52,094 bases of DNA from a virus (Duplodnaviria > Caudoviricetes). Where the stretch lies: positions 1 through 52,094 of the IMG/VR virus record IMGVR_UViG_3300044852_000027; one strand, 5' to 3'. A model generated the notes under the pieces. That model was not told where the DNA came from and ran no database searches. It was given only the letters and a program-made list of their open reading frames with translations. Shown here one piece after another: positions 8,218-17,452 of this stretch; positions within the stretch are counted from its first letter, which is position 1, and every line of letters begins with the position of its first letter. Both the position numbers and the translations under genes were made by a program.

Positions 8218-8892
8218 TCAGAACGGAATGTCGTCGAAGTCGTCGGCAGCTCCGCCGTTACCGCCGCCACCGCCTGCCGGGTTCGACGGCAACGCAGCAA
8301 GGCGAGCCAGCTCTTGCTGCTGCGCCTTAACAGCGGCCTCCAGCTCGTCCTGGGACGGCTCGACGTATTCACCTTTAGGAGATACGGCCTTGATCCAGTT
8401 GCCGCGAGCATAGTCCGCAGGGTTGGTGATTTTGTTGCCGTTCTGGTCGGTCTGGATTTCCCAAATGTCCAGCTTGAGCAACATGGTCTTGTTGACGAGG
8501 TTTACCGTCAACGCCTGATCGTCCGGGGCTTTCGGCGATGCCAAGAGCTTGCCGCCAGCGTTGGTATCGATTACCGCGAACATGCGCAGGGCCTTATTCT
8601 GGTCCTTGTCCAGCTTGCTCTGCTCTTTGCCAGCGTTGTTCGAGCCCTTGCCCTCTGCGGCCTTAACCTTGAGCTTCTGAAACACCTTTCGGCCCTTATG
8701 CATCGCTGGAGCAAGGACGGTCCACTTCAAAGAAATAAAAGTGCCGTCCTTGTCAGTGGTATCCCACTTCGCCTCCTCGATTGCCGCCTTAACCTGCGTG
8801 TCGCGAGGCATTGGCGGCATATTTCCGCCATCGACCTCGATTTTTTCTTTGCTTACAATTTTTTCGCCATCGGTAGTTGCCCAAAACGACAT
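8218..8892 (-). CDS. DUF669-like single-stranded DNA-binding protein
   Basis: adjacent to Sak4-like gene; KGRKVFQKL; Gly linker and acidic DDFDDIPF tail. Confidence 0.8.
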   Translation of the reverse strand: MSFWATTDGEKIVSKEKIEVDGGNMPPMPRDTQVKAAIEEAKWDTTDKDGTFISLKWTVLAPAMHKGRKVFQKLKVKAAEGKGSNNAGKEQSKLDKDQNKALRMFAVIDTNAGGKLLASPKAPDDQALTVNLVNKTMLLKLDIWEIQTDQNGNKITNPADYARGNWIKAVSPKGEYVEPSQDELEAAVKAQQQELARLAALPSNPAGGGGGNGGAADDFDDIPF

Positions 8893-8933
8893 CGTGAATC
8901 TCCAACTATTTTAAGAAAGGGTTGTGCTGCTGC

Positions 8934-9782
8934 TTACTCGTCGCTTTCGGCGGCGTCGGCTTTTTCTTCTTCTGCCTGCTCGGCTTGAGCCTGCTCAAGA
9001 TGAAGACCGAGCTTATAGTAAGGGATCATATCAAGCAAAGGATTCTTGCCTTCTTTCGGGTGCGGCAGGGTAATCGAGTCCTCGATATGGAAGCGGTTTT
9101 TCGACACGTTGCCAGCCGTCGAGTGGCAAACCAGTTGACGAGTTCCGTCAGACATTGCCTTGCCGGCCTTGCTGGTATTCTTGTCTTCTTTTGCGCCTTT
9201 AACGAAGCGCTCCAGGCAGATGAACCCGACCATGTCCACGTCATCGACCCACGGGGCAATTGAGTGCTTACCCATGCGCAGCGTGTAGCGGCTGTAGTTA
9301 TCGCCATCTGGCGGCTCTACAGTCTCGGTCGAGGCGTGAGCCAATACGATTACGGCCATGCCGCGATCATTCAGCACTTGCAGAAGCTTGCGCAATTTGA
9401 CGTGGATGTTACCGACAGCCTTCGGACCGGCACCGAACCCGCCACACGCCTGATTGATGCTCAGCGGGTTGTTAGGGTCATTCATTACGACGTGTTGCTC
9501 GAACATCGACTCGCCGCGAGTGATAGTGTCGAGGATGATGGTTTTCTTTTTGTGCGTCTTGATGTTCTTGGCGATCCACTGGAGCTGGGAAACTGCCATG
9601 TCGAGAGAGGTAGCCACCGGCAAGAGCGCGGGCATGAACTGCTCGGGAACCGACTCGACACCGTCCTCGAAGCGGACAATGATCGGATCCGGGAACATAC
9701 AAGCCAGGGTAGTTTTGCCGAGACCCGGCTCGGAGAGCAGAGTGATGAAAGGCGGACGCCGTTTAGGTTGTTCGATGATCAT
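8934..9782 (-). CDS. Sak4-like AAA ssDNA-annealing ATPase
   Basis: Walker A EPGLGKT, Walker B IILDT, VLAH and SKNR. Confidence 0.85.
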   Translation of the reverse strand: MIIEQPKRRPPFITLLSEPGLGKTTLACMFPDPIIVRFEDGVESVPEQFMPALLPVATSLDMAVSQLQWIAKNIKTHKKKTIILDTITRGESMFEQHVVMNDPNNPLSINQACGGFGAGPKAVGNIHVKLRKLLQVLNDRGMAVIVLAHASTETVEPPDGDNYSRYTLRMGKHSIAPWVDDVDMVGFICLERFVKGAKEDKNTSKAGKAMSDGTRQLVCHSTAGNVSKNRFHIEDSITLPHPKEGKNPLLDMIPYYKLGLHLEQAQAEQAEEEKADAAESDE

Positions 9783-9814
9783 GATTCGTTGTGTCTCCGT
9801 GGTTGAGGCTGCGA

Positions 9815-9843
9815 ACTCTAGGGAAAAGAATTAACCCGGTCAA
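9815..9843 (-). promoter_or_regulatory. Promoter of the leftward recombination/replication operon
   Basis: minus strand TTGACC-N17-TAGAGT. Confidence 0.6.
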
Positions 9844-9913
9844 CACTTATTTTTAAGTCGTGCTATTCAGTTATTTAGCTATATACTCGCGGCCTCACGA
9901 ACGGAGATCTACC

Positions 9914-12235
9914 TTGTCTACGAACATCGCTTACGATTTTATTGAGGCGGGTTACCGCATATTCGGCTTGCAGGGCGCTGACTCTAACGGGCTTTGCTTG
10001 TGCGGAAACCCCGAGTGCAAAGCAGCCTTTAAACACCCTGTCGCCAGTAACTGGCAGCACACGCCAGAATGGTCCGAGGAGCAGCTTGAGACGATGCAGG
10101 AGATGGGCCAGCTCGATACGGGTTACGGCGTCATCGTGAAGGATTTGCTCGTGGTCGACGTCGACGCTCGTAACGGCGGCGTCCAGGCTATGGAGCGGCT
10201 TACGCAGGATCTGGCAGGCCTGGACCTTGCGCGCTCCGCTGGTTTGTCGGTCATTACCGGCAGCGGACAGGGGTCCATGCACATCTATTACAAGGCGCCC
10301 GAGGGTATCAGCCTTGTGCAAGGTCACCCCGACTATAAGGGGATCGACTTCAAGTCGTCAGGCTTCGTCGTAGGCCCTGGCTCGATGCACGCCAGCGGCA
10401 ACACTTACGAGATCCTGCATGGATCCCCCGCCGATATTGGTGACGCCCCCGCCGAGCTTATTGCCCTCCTGACTCGCCCCGACATGTTCCGCGCCGAATA
10501 CAACGGATCGACCATGGACGTGACCGAGAACGACCTCGCCGAGATGATCAGCCACGTCTCCCCGGACGTCGACCATGACACTTGGGTTAAATGCGGCATG
10601 GCACTGCACCATGCCACGGGCGGGACCGGCTTCCATCTGTGGGACCGCTGGTCATCTATGGGCGAGACCTACCCCGGATCCCACAAACTGCAAAACCGCT
10701 GGCACTCGTTCGGCAAGTCTGCCAACCCGGTTACGCTCGGGACACTTATTCACCATGCGGAGGCGGGCGGCTGGGTTGAGTCCGTCACCTTCACGCCTAC
10801 AGGAGAGTTTGCCGATGAACTTGACGCAGTTGTCGAGGGTTGCGACGTCAAACCGGTTGACAAAAAACGCAAGGACGGCCATCCCTTTCACGTTGACGGC
10901 GTTGACTTGCTGCGTCCGCCTGGGTTCGTCGGTGAGGTTTGCAAGTGGATCAATGAGCAGTCCCGATACCCTCGGGAAAACCTGGCGGTGGCTGCCGCCC
11001 TCGTCTCGATGTCGAACGTTATCGGGCTGCGCTACACCGACGACGTGGACGGAGTCACTGCAAATCTCTTTGCTATGTGCGTCGCCGGATCCGCAACCGG
11101 CAAAGAGGCCATCATGCAGGCCATTAACTCAATCCACCAAGCCGCAGGCATTCAGCGTGCCACCGTTGGGTCAATCAAGTCGGAACAAGAGATCATCCGA
11201 AACCTGATCGACAATCAGGCGGCCAACTACGTTATCGACGAATTCGGTATTTTGCTGCGCACTATCACGACCTCGAAAGAGTCGTATCACTCCGGCGTTA
11301 TCGGCGCACTGATGAACGCCTACTCAAAGGCGAATAGCTTCATGCCACTGACTGGCGACACGAAGCGCGAGGTTCGCAAGACGCTGATCCAAGAGCTGAA
11401 GTCGTGCCGCAAGGCGATCAGCGAGAACGACGACCCCAAGCAAGCCTTGGCGCGTCGCCTGCCTCATCTGGAGCGGGCGCTTCTGTCCATCGACAACGGC
11501 CTAGAGAAGCCTTATCTAACCCTGATCGGCTTCACCACTCCCGTGACCTTTGACAGCCTTGTGACGCCCGAGCAGGCGACCAACGGCTTTATTGGCCGGT
11601 CGATCATCGTCAGCGAGAAGGAAACTAACCCGCGCGCTAAACCGAACTTCAAGGCGTCCAAGATGGGCGACCGTATGAAAATGGCGATCTGCGGCCTGTA
11701 CGACGGCGGCTACTTCGACCAGGAGACGTATCGCGTCGAGTATTACGGCGAGCGCTCCCTCGTCCGCACAGAGCACGAAGCCCGTGACATGCTCGACGAG
11801 GTTTACGAGTGGGGCCACCAGAAGGCTGAGATGCACAAGGAGAAGACCGGCCTCGAAGCGATCCCGCGACGCGCTCGCGAGATGGTCTCTAAAATCAGCC
11901 TTATCCTGGCCGCTCCGTCCGGCATCCGAACCGCCGAGCATATCCGTTGGGCCTATGCCTTCGTTGAGCGCGACATCCGAGAGAAGACCATGCTCGCTTA
12001 CGCCAACGAGCGGGAGGAGGCCAACCCGAGCGACGCCATCCGCGCCAAGGTCATGACGATGGTCGATACCGAGCACGGCGAGACTAAGGGCGTTATCGTC
12101 AACCGCTGCCGCAAGTGGCCGAAGGAGAAGGTCGACGAGGTTATCCGCGCCATGGTTGAGGCGAAAATGCTTATCCTTGAGGAGAGCAAGAACCCGGCGA
12201 ACGGGCGGATGGTCGAAAGGTATTTTGGCGTTTGA
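9914..12235 (+). CDS. Primase-helicase (Prim-Pol + PriCT-2 + helicase + C-terminal winged helix)
   Basis: CLCGNPEC..KHP, VVDVD, HIYY, WVKCGMALH..WDRWS, GSATGKE and IDEFG; GGAG RBS before TTG at 9914. Confidence 0.9.
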   Translation: MSTNIAYDFIEAGYRIFGLQGADSNGLCLCGNPECKAAFKHPVASNWQHTPEWSEEQLETMQEMGQLDTGYGVIVKDLLVVDVDARNGGVQAMERLTQDLAGLDLARSAGLSVITGSGQGSMHIYYKAPEGISLVQGHPDYKGIDFKSSGFVVGPGSMHASGNTYEILHGSPADIGDAPAELIALLTRPDMFRAEYNGSTMDVTENDLAEMISHVSPDVDHDTWVKCGMALHHATGGTGFHLWDRWSSMGETYPGSHKLQNRWHSFGKSANPVTLGTLIHHAEAGGWVESVTFTPTGEFADELDAVVEGCDVKPVDKKRKDGHPFHVDGVDLLRPPGFVGEVCKWINEQSRYPRENLAVAAALVSMSNVIGLRYTDDVDGVTANLFAMCVAGSATGKEAIMQAINSIHQAAGIQRATVGSIKSEQEIIRNLIDNQAANYVIDEFGILLRTITTSKESYHSGVIGALMNAYSKANSFMPLTGDTKREVRKTLIQELKSCRKAISENDDPKQALARRLPHLERALLSIDNGLEKPYLTLIGFTTPVTFDSLVTPEQATNGFIGRSIIVSEKETNPRAKPNFKASKMGDRMKMAICGLYDGGYFDQETYRVEYYGERSLVRTEHEARDMLDEVYEWGHQKAEMHKEKTGLEAIPRRAREMVSKISLILAAPSGIRTAEHIRWAYAFVERDIREKTMLAYANEREEANPSDAIRAKVMTMVDTEHGETKGVIVNRCRKWPKEKVDEVIRAMVEAKMLILEESKNPANGRMVERYFGV

Positions 12236-12261
12236 CTCTTAACCTACTAATCAACTAACCT

Positions 12262-12287
12262 AAGCCCTCACTTCAGAGGGCTTTTTT
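12262..12287 (+). terminator. Intrinsic terminator
   Basis: aagccctc-acttca-gagggctttttt. Confidence 0.75.
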
Positions 12288-12830
12288 GTGGCTAGAATTT
12301 TTATCGACGTACACCCCGACGGAACTTTCATGACCGGCCCTTATCACGGCGATCCGGTGGCGCACGCGGCTAGTCAGGAGTGCTGCGTTATCACCTATAT
12401 GACGGATGACGTCGCATTCAGCGATACGGAGCCGTTCGGCATGGTCTTTCGCCGGTACAGCATGCGCAACGGCTTAGGGTTTGGGCCAGTCGGGCGATGG
12501 TCGGGCAACTGGAGGGAATGGGGCGCCTTCTGCATCACCAAATGGGGAGGGTGGTTCGAGCGGATCGACGGCAGCAAGCGACGCGAGCGCCAGCCACTCC
12601 AGGCGGTTGCCATCGAGTGCCGCGTCAAGCAGGTTCTCGCCAGCAACGGAGAGCTAGGCATCGGCACCATTAAGAACCGGTTGCGCAGTGTGGCTCAACT
12701 GCAAGTGCTCGACACCCTGGCCAACCTTGTGAAGCGCGGCGAGGTCATCGAGTACCGCTACAAGCATCCGATAAACAAGGTCGAGACCGCCAGCTACCGG
12801 CTGTTTGACACGGTAGCGGATGCCATGTAA
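12288..12830 (+). CDS. Hypothetical protein with C-terminal winged helix paralogous to the primase C-terminus
   Basis: GTIKNRLR...V...KHPIN...Y aligns with GVIVNRCR...V...KNPAN...Y. Confidence 0.65.
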   Translation: MARIFIDVHPDGTFMTGPYHGDPVAHAASQECCVITYMTDDVAFSDTEPFGMVFRRYSMRNGLGFGPVGRWSGNWREWGAFCITKWGGWFERIDGSKRRERQPLQAVAIECRVKQVLASNGELGIGTIKNRLRSVAQLQVLDTLANLVKRGEVIEYRYKHPINKVETASYRLFDTVADAM

Positions 12831-12839
12831 CTTGAATCG

Positions 12840-13250
12840 GACCGGCTGAAAGCCCCGGGTTATATGGCTTTCAGGGGTTCTAGCTAGTCTAAATAGAACA
12901 CCTAGTAAACTGGAAAGATCGCTGCAAACCCCCGTATTACGGGTAGGTAGCTAGATAGTGGTTAGAAACGCAAGAATTTGAAAAATCGAATTTTTGAAAA
13001 AACGCCTAACTATCTTGCTATTTAGCTACTTACCCTTGTGACACCGTCAAAGACCCCGTAAACACGGGGCCAGCCTCTGCGGGATACCTAGCAGGACTGA
13101 AAATCTACCTTGCTATCAAGTTATTTACCCCGCCATCGGCGGCCGTACCCGGCTGCATTTTTCCTCGCGTGTGTTAGAGATTTATTACCTTATATATCTC
13201 TTAGAGTGTTATCTGTCAGAGTTGTTTTTGTTTTTAAAGCCTGTACCATG
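12840..13250. other. Probable replication origin
   Basis: long AT-rich non-coding gap after primase-helicase; 18-bp inverted repeat and several hairpins; + strand appears G/T-richer downstream (by eye). Confidence 0.6.
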
Positions 13251-13275
13251 AGCGGACACAAACGGAGGGCTTTAG

Positions 13276-13557
13276 GTGGATTTGAAGAAACTACTCGTCG
13301 AGGCTATCGAGGTAGCCGTAGGCGAGGCTGGCAAGCGGCAGGACCATATCGCGGATGAATACGGGGTCAGTCGGACGGACGTAAGCCTTGTGCGTCGTGG
13401 CAAGGCCTACGCGACCTTCTCGACGGATAAGGCTATTTCAATCGCGGCAGCGTTCGGGGTTGGGTTTGACGCGCAACTGGTCAAGGTCGACCGGGAGCCT
13501 CATTCATCCATGAAGGCCGTAACCGGTCCGGTTGTTTTTGAAGACATTAAATTTTAA
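13276..13557 (+). CDS. XRE/Cro-like HTH protein
   Basis: QDHIADEYGVSRTDVSLVRRG; GGAGG RBS. Confidence 0.75.
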   Translation: MDLKKLLVEAIEVAVGEAGKRQDHIADEYGVSRTDVSLVRRGKAYATFSTDKAISIAAAFGVGFDAQLVKVDREPHSSMKAVTGPVVFEDIKF

Positions 13558-13570
13558 GAGGGCGCAAGTG

Positions 13571-13942
13571 ATGGATGGTATTAACCGGGTTAAGTTGGCG
13601 AAGTATCACCAGCGGCGGGGGTTGATGATGTTGCAATGTGCTGGAGCTGATCGTGGGTCCGAGGCGTTCGCGGAGTTTGCTCGCGATAACTTCGCGGCGG
13701 CTCGTGAGCAGATGCGACTGGCGCGTATTGAGCTGGGCATGGTCAAGTGCAAGCAATGGTGGATTGTCGAGGGTGGCCAGCGTGTGGCAGTCGTCAGCGC
13801 GATGAACCAGGACGAGGCGTGGAGCTTCTACGACAGGACGCGCGGCGACGAGTTTGGCTTTGCTGATGACGTTGAGCTTTGTACGGCGTTCGAGGGGCGC
13901 CCGACCAAGGCTGTCGGCTTCGAGTATTGGTGCGACGTATGA
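13571..13942 (+). CDS. Hypothetical protein
   Basis: RBS; ATGA coupling to the next gene. Confidence 0.65.
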   Translation: MDGINRVKLAKYHQRRGLMMLQCAGADRGSEAFAEFARDNFAAAREQMRLARIELGMVKCKQWWIVEGGQRVAVVSAMNQDEAWSFYDRTRGDEFGFADDVELCTAFEGRPTKAVGFEYWCDV

Positions 13943-14160
13943 GCGCCCTCGTAAAGCGTCTCCGTCTGGAGCTGGGGCAGCGACTGGGGCAAGTGGTGGC
14001 GTCGTCTGGTAAATCCCACGAGGAGTTCGCGCGGATGGTCGGGACCTATCAGGGGACGTTGTCGGCCTGTATACGTGGCGAGATGTCGGTAGAGCGAATC
14101 GCTCGAATTCTTGAAGAGGTCGGCGAGGATGTTGCATTTAAATCACAAGACGGCGCGTAG
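13939..14160 (+). CDS. XRE-like HTH protein
   Basis: SHEEFARMVGTYQGTLSACIRGEMSVERIARIL. Confidence 0.7.
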   Translation: MSALVKRLRLELGQRLGQVVASSGKSHEEFARMVGTYQGTLSACIRGEMSVERIARILEEVGEDVAFKSQDGA

Positions 14161-14344
14161 CCAGCTCGTGTGGATTGATCTTTTGCGCCTGTATCGAGCC
14201 AGGAACGCAGAAGACGCCGCGATCTCTTACGGGATGATGCTAGGTAGCGGGTTGCTACTGTCGGCCCGTATGCGTCGTTTTATCCTGTCTCTGTATCAAT
14301 CGAAGCGTGAGGAGTTCACTGTATGTCTGAAGGTCGGGTTTTAG
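14129..14344 (+). CDS. Hypothetical protein
   Basis: fills the tightly packed + strand operon. Confidence 0.45.
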   Translation: MLHLNHKTARSQLVWIDLLRLYRARNAEDAAISYGMMLGSGLLLSARMRRFILSLYQSKREEFTVCLKVGF

Positions 14345-14703
14345 AGATGGGCGACGGCAAGGGCAATTGGTGGCCTATCGGCACCTGTTCGGATGTCGAG
14401 GGCTTGGGGCCTGTCAGTGTCGGAACGGTAGGTCACTGTGACCATGCTCGTTTTGTTGGGCGTGATGTCGTGTTCTGGTTTGAGGAGTCGGCAGACATCG
14501 ACGACAAGGCGTTTGACGTGCTTACAAGTATGTCGATTTCAATGGAGCTGGAAATGAGCGAGGAGGATCGCGAAAAAGTGCTTGCTATGTTCGGTCCTGC
14601 GCAGATACCTTTGTCGTCCAGCGTCGGCTATGTCGAAGGCGTTGATTGCGGTGGCGACCGGCGCGGCAAGAAGGGCAAATTTAAAAAGGATTGGATGCGA
14701 TGA
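14323..14703 (+). CDS. Hypothetical protein
   Basis: GAGGAG RBS; ATGA coupling. Confidence 0.65.
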   Translation: MSEGRVLEMGDGKGNWWPIGTCSDVEGLGPVSVGTVGHCDHARFVGRDVVFWFEESADIDDKAFDVLTSMSISMELEMSEEDREKVLAMFGPAQIPLSSSVGYVEGVDCGGDRRGKKGKFKKDWMR

Positions 14704-14882
14704 GAGGCACCGGCAAAACATGGCTTTTGCTTAGCGCGCTGGCAGCGCTAGCAGGGTTGAGTATCGCGGCGCGGCCGGACGACCTTTGCCTCGTCGACGA
14801 AGGGGTTACGCATCAAACCCGAATCGCGCGAGACGGCAAGCCGCGCGGCAAAGGCAAGCGCACTAAAGATTGGCAGTTCTAA
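14700..14882 (+). CDS. Small protein with N-terminal signal/TM segment
   Basis: WLLLSALAALAGLSIAA. Confidence 0.55.
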   Translation: MRGTGKTWLLLSALAALAGLSIAARPDDLCLVDEGVTHQTRIARDGKPRGKGKRTKDWQF

Positions 14883-14901
14883 TTTAACGTTAGGGGGCTT
14901 C

Positions 14902-15087
14902 GTGAAGGTTGACCGCAAGTTTAAAAAGCGTCCTGAAAATCCGCTCAAGCGAGCGGCAGCGGAACGCAAGCGTGAACTCCGCAAGCGCCATCAAGAGCGC
15001 GAGCGGATCCGGTCCTTGAGGGATCGCTACGGCAGACAGGTTCGGGGGATTTCAGCAGATGGCGAGGCTACAGCGCTTCAATACTGA
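14902..15087 (+). CDS. Small basic protein
   Basis: Arg/Lys-rich 61-aa ORF in operon. Confidence 0.5.
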   Translation: MKVDRKFKKRPENPLKRAAAERKRELRKRHQERERIRSLRDRYGRQVRGISADGEATALQY

Positions 15088-15670
15088 CGGCGATTACGAC
15101 GCAAACGGCGAGTTCTGTTTGTTTCGTGATTTCGGCCGCATGGAGGACGAGTTGTCAGGCGCCTTGAAGCGCGTCGAGCAACTGGAGGCGCAGCTTGTTT
15201 CGGCTAAGGCTGATCTCGGTTACGCGGCAGCTCGTGGCGAGATCAAAATGCACAAGCAGTTCGGATACGTCGACCCGGATAAGGCTCGCGACTTCCTGGC
15301 TGGTCGATCTCACGAGGTCGTCGTTACCAGGGGCGTGACAGATACGAGCATCATGCCGCTGGTGTTCCGTCGCGGTCCGGCAAAGTTCAAACTCGACGTA
15401 GGTCGGCTACCGCATATCGGGTGCCGGGTTTACGTCGACGGCGTAAAAGGCGTCGTGAAGTCCTACAGCAAAAACGATAAGGCGGTGGTCGTGGCCCTTG
15501 AGGGTCGTAGCGAGCACGTCGAGACAATCAACTGGAGCTTAACGAATGACACGAAAAGACATGCAAAAGGACGTTCTCGAATCCATGGTGAAGTCGCGGG
15601 ATGCGGAGGTGGCTCGCTTGACGCAGGCGCTGGAATCGTCGAAGCGGCTCAATGCATTGCAGGGGGATAA
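15059..15670 (+). CDS. Hypothetical protein
   Basis: 203-aa ORF with coiled-coil segment. Confidence 0.6.
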   Translation: MARLQRFNTDGDYDANGEFCLFRDFGRMEDELSGALKRVEQLEAQLVSAKADLGYAAARGEIKMHKQFGYVDPDKARDFLAGRSHEVVVTRGVTDTSIMPLVFRRGPAKFKLDVGRLPHIGCRVYVDGVKGVVKSYSKNDKAVVVALEGRSEHVETINWSLTNDTKRHAKGRSRIHGEVAGCGGGSLDAGAGIVEAAQCIAGG

Positions 15671-15824
15671 GGTGCTTGAGTTACTCAAGGATCGCGAGGT
15701 AAAAGATGAGCTGCTCTACATGGTCAATGATCGCCGGTTCCAATCTGGCGGAGCGTGGCGCGCTTCGACGCTCCAGCATATTGCGCACCACCTGCCACGA
15801 GGCGGGGCGCATAAATGCCAATAG
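15546..15824 (+). CDS. Hypothetical coiled-coil protein
   Basis: GGAG RBS; RDAEVARL. Confidence 0.55.
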   Translation: MTRKDMQKDVLESMVKSRDAEVARLTQALESSKRLNALQGDKVLELLKDREVKDELLYMVNDRRFQSGGAWRASTLQHIAHHLPRGGAHKCQ

Positions 15825-15995
15825 TCACCCTAAACCACTTGATTAACGGGGTCGCGGTTCCGTACACTCGGTCCTGTTCTGTTAACTGGATCCGTGACGA
15901 TGTCGCCTCGGTCCGCATCAAGGGCGCGGCCGACGGTCATTACCGCAACCGCACCGTAAAAACAACGCAATTGAGTCACCTGGAGAGCGTCAACA

Positions 15996-16277
15996 ATGAA
16001 ACAGGGTTGTCAGGCGGTATCAATAGCGATGCCCTCGGAGATGGTCGTAAAGCTGGATCGACTGCCCCCGTATAACCGCACGACTCACGTCAATCGGGCG
16101 GTCGCGGCTTACCTTGAGATCCAGGGCAAGCCATCCAATAACGCACACGGGGTCGACTGCGATTACTTTCGCAGGAAGCTTCAACTGATCCTTCGCGACC
16201 TAGACAGCTTCACGGCAGAAGAGCTGGGCGTGGAGTTCGGCCGCATGATGGGGGTTCTAGTTGATGAGCATGCTTGA
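15996..16277 (+). CDS. Ribbon-helix-helix (CopG-like) DNA-binding protein
   Basis: VSIAMPSEMVVKLD...NRTTHVNRAVAAYL; GGAG RBS. Confidence 0.65.
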   Translation: MKQGCQAVSIAMPSEMVVKLDRLPPYNRTTHVNRAVAAYLEIQGKPSNNAHGVDCDYFRRKLQLILRDLDSFTAEELGVEFGRMMGVLVDEHA

Positions 16278-16599
16278 GCTGATCAGCGTGGCGCGCTGGG
16301 ATGCGTACCGGGAGGGGCGGCACTGTGCTAAGCGTTACGGGGCTTTCTTGCGTGACGCGGCCAAGGCTGTCGATGACTTCCATTGGTCGGCTAAGCGGTT
16401 CCCGTCGCGCGGCGTTGTTGTTCGGCTCTACTTCTGGCTTGCAGGCGACGTCAATAAATACGACGGCTTTCACCCTGAGGACGGCAAGACCGAGGCCGAG
16501 CAGATATCAGCGTGCATCGAGCGCCTAACCCTGGAGGCCCTGCGCGATGTCGCAAGAGCAACGAAAGAGCGTTTGGATCGTAAGCCTGCCCGACGGTAA
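16264..16599 (+). CDS. Hypothetical protein
   Basis: ORF in operon. Confidence 0.6.
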   Translation: MSMLELISVARWDAYREGRHCAKRYGAFLRDAAKAVDDFHWSAKRFPSRGVVVRLYFWLAGDVNKYDGFHPEDGKTEAEQISACIERLTLEALRDVARATKERLDRKPARR

Positions 16600-16656
16600 A
16601 ACATTCACCATGGGCGGCGAGCCCATGACCCACAAAGAAGCGCTGGAGACTGTGCA

Positions 16657-16929
16657 ATGCATATGGGCAACAACGAAGCCGAAGGACGAGATCAAGGTCT
16701 CGTGACCATCGACTTCAACAATGACGAGATCCTACCGGCGCACCCTATCAGCGCTAATCGCAGTAGCGACCCGGTACGGGTGTCGTTTGATGCTGCCGAG
16801 GGCGACGGCCGTGTATGGCTGATGGTCGATGCCGAGCACGACATCGATGAGCCGTGGATCCCTATCGAGGGCAAGGCCAACGCTCGACGCCTTGCGGCGC
16901 TTCTCCTGGCATGGGCGGGCGCAGAGTGA
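16657..16929 (+). CDS. Hypothetical acidic protein
   Basis: GGAG RBS; GTGA coupling to the next gene. Confidence 0.6.
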   Translation: MHMGNNEAEGRDQGLVTIDFNNDEILPAHPISANRSSDPVRVSFDAAEGDGRVWLMVDAEHDIDEPWIPIEGKANARRLAALLLAWAGAE

Positions 16930-17150
16930 GGGGTTCCGCGCTGTGGATCGAAGGAATCGAGCACGTTGCACGCCACTGTGACGGCGCCAGGGGCGAGCAG
17001 GCGCTTGCAGTGTGTTCGAGGCTAGTGGCGGGCCTCAAGGGGGCGCAAAGGCCGCCTGCGTTCGCTCAAGGGGTCAGGGAGGGATGCTTGACGGTTGTCC
17101 GGGCTGCAAAGGATCAGTTGCAAACTGATGAGAAACAGAAAGTAAACTAA
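16926..17150 (+). CDS. Hypothetical protein
   Basis: GTG start overlapping previous stop; followed by terminator 17168-17190. Confidence 0.5.
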   Translation: MRGSALWIEGIEHVARHCDGARGEQALAVCSRLVAGLKGAQRPPAFAQGVREGCLTVVRAAKDQLQTDEKQKVN

Positions 17151-17200
17151 TCAGTGTACTTTTCGATAAAAGCCTTCGGGCCTTTTTTTGTTTTCAGTTA

Positions 17201-17238
17201 AAAAACTAGTTGACCGCTGTCAACTGATTTGACATATT
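17201..17238 (+). promoter_or_regulatory. Repeated sigma70-type promoter with operator
   Basis: AAAAACTAG-TTGACC-N17-CATATT with perfect TTGAC-N4-GTCAA-N5-TTGAC. Confidence 0.82.
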
Positions 17239-17278
17239 GCGTCTACCGGAACACAAACGAACAACGGAGTAAGACGAT

Positions 17279-17452
17279 ATGACCAAGAAAATTAAGAAAT
17301 TCAGCGAAATTGGATACATGGGCGAATTCCAGATGATCGACAAAAACGGCAATGTCCTGCCGGGAACCTACAAAAAGATTGGTGGCACATGGGCAATGGC
17401 AGAAGACAAAACGCAAACCAGAATGACCGGCAACACAAAGATTTTCGCCTAA
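17279..17452 (+). CDS. 57-aa cassette protein (not in ORF track)
   Basis: MTKKIKKFSEIGYMGEFQMIDKNGNVLPGTYKKIGGTWAMAEDKTQTRMTGNTKIFA; CGGAG RBS; hairpin 17470-17490; A-rich. Confidence 0.75.
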   Translation: MTKKIKKFSEIGYMGEFQMIDKNGNVLPGTYKKIGGTWAMAEDKTQTRMTGNTKIFA

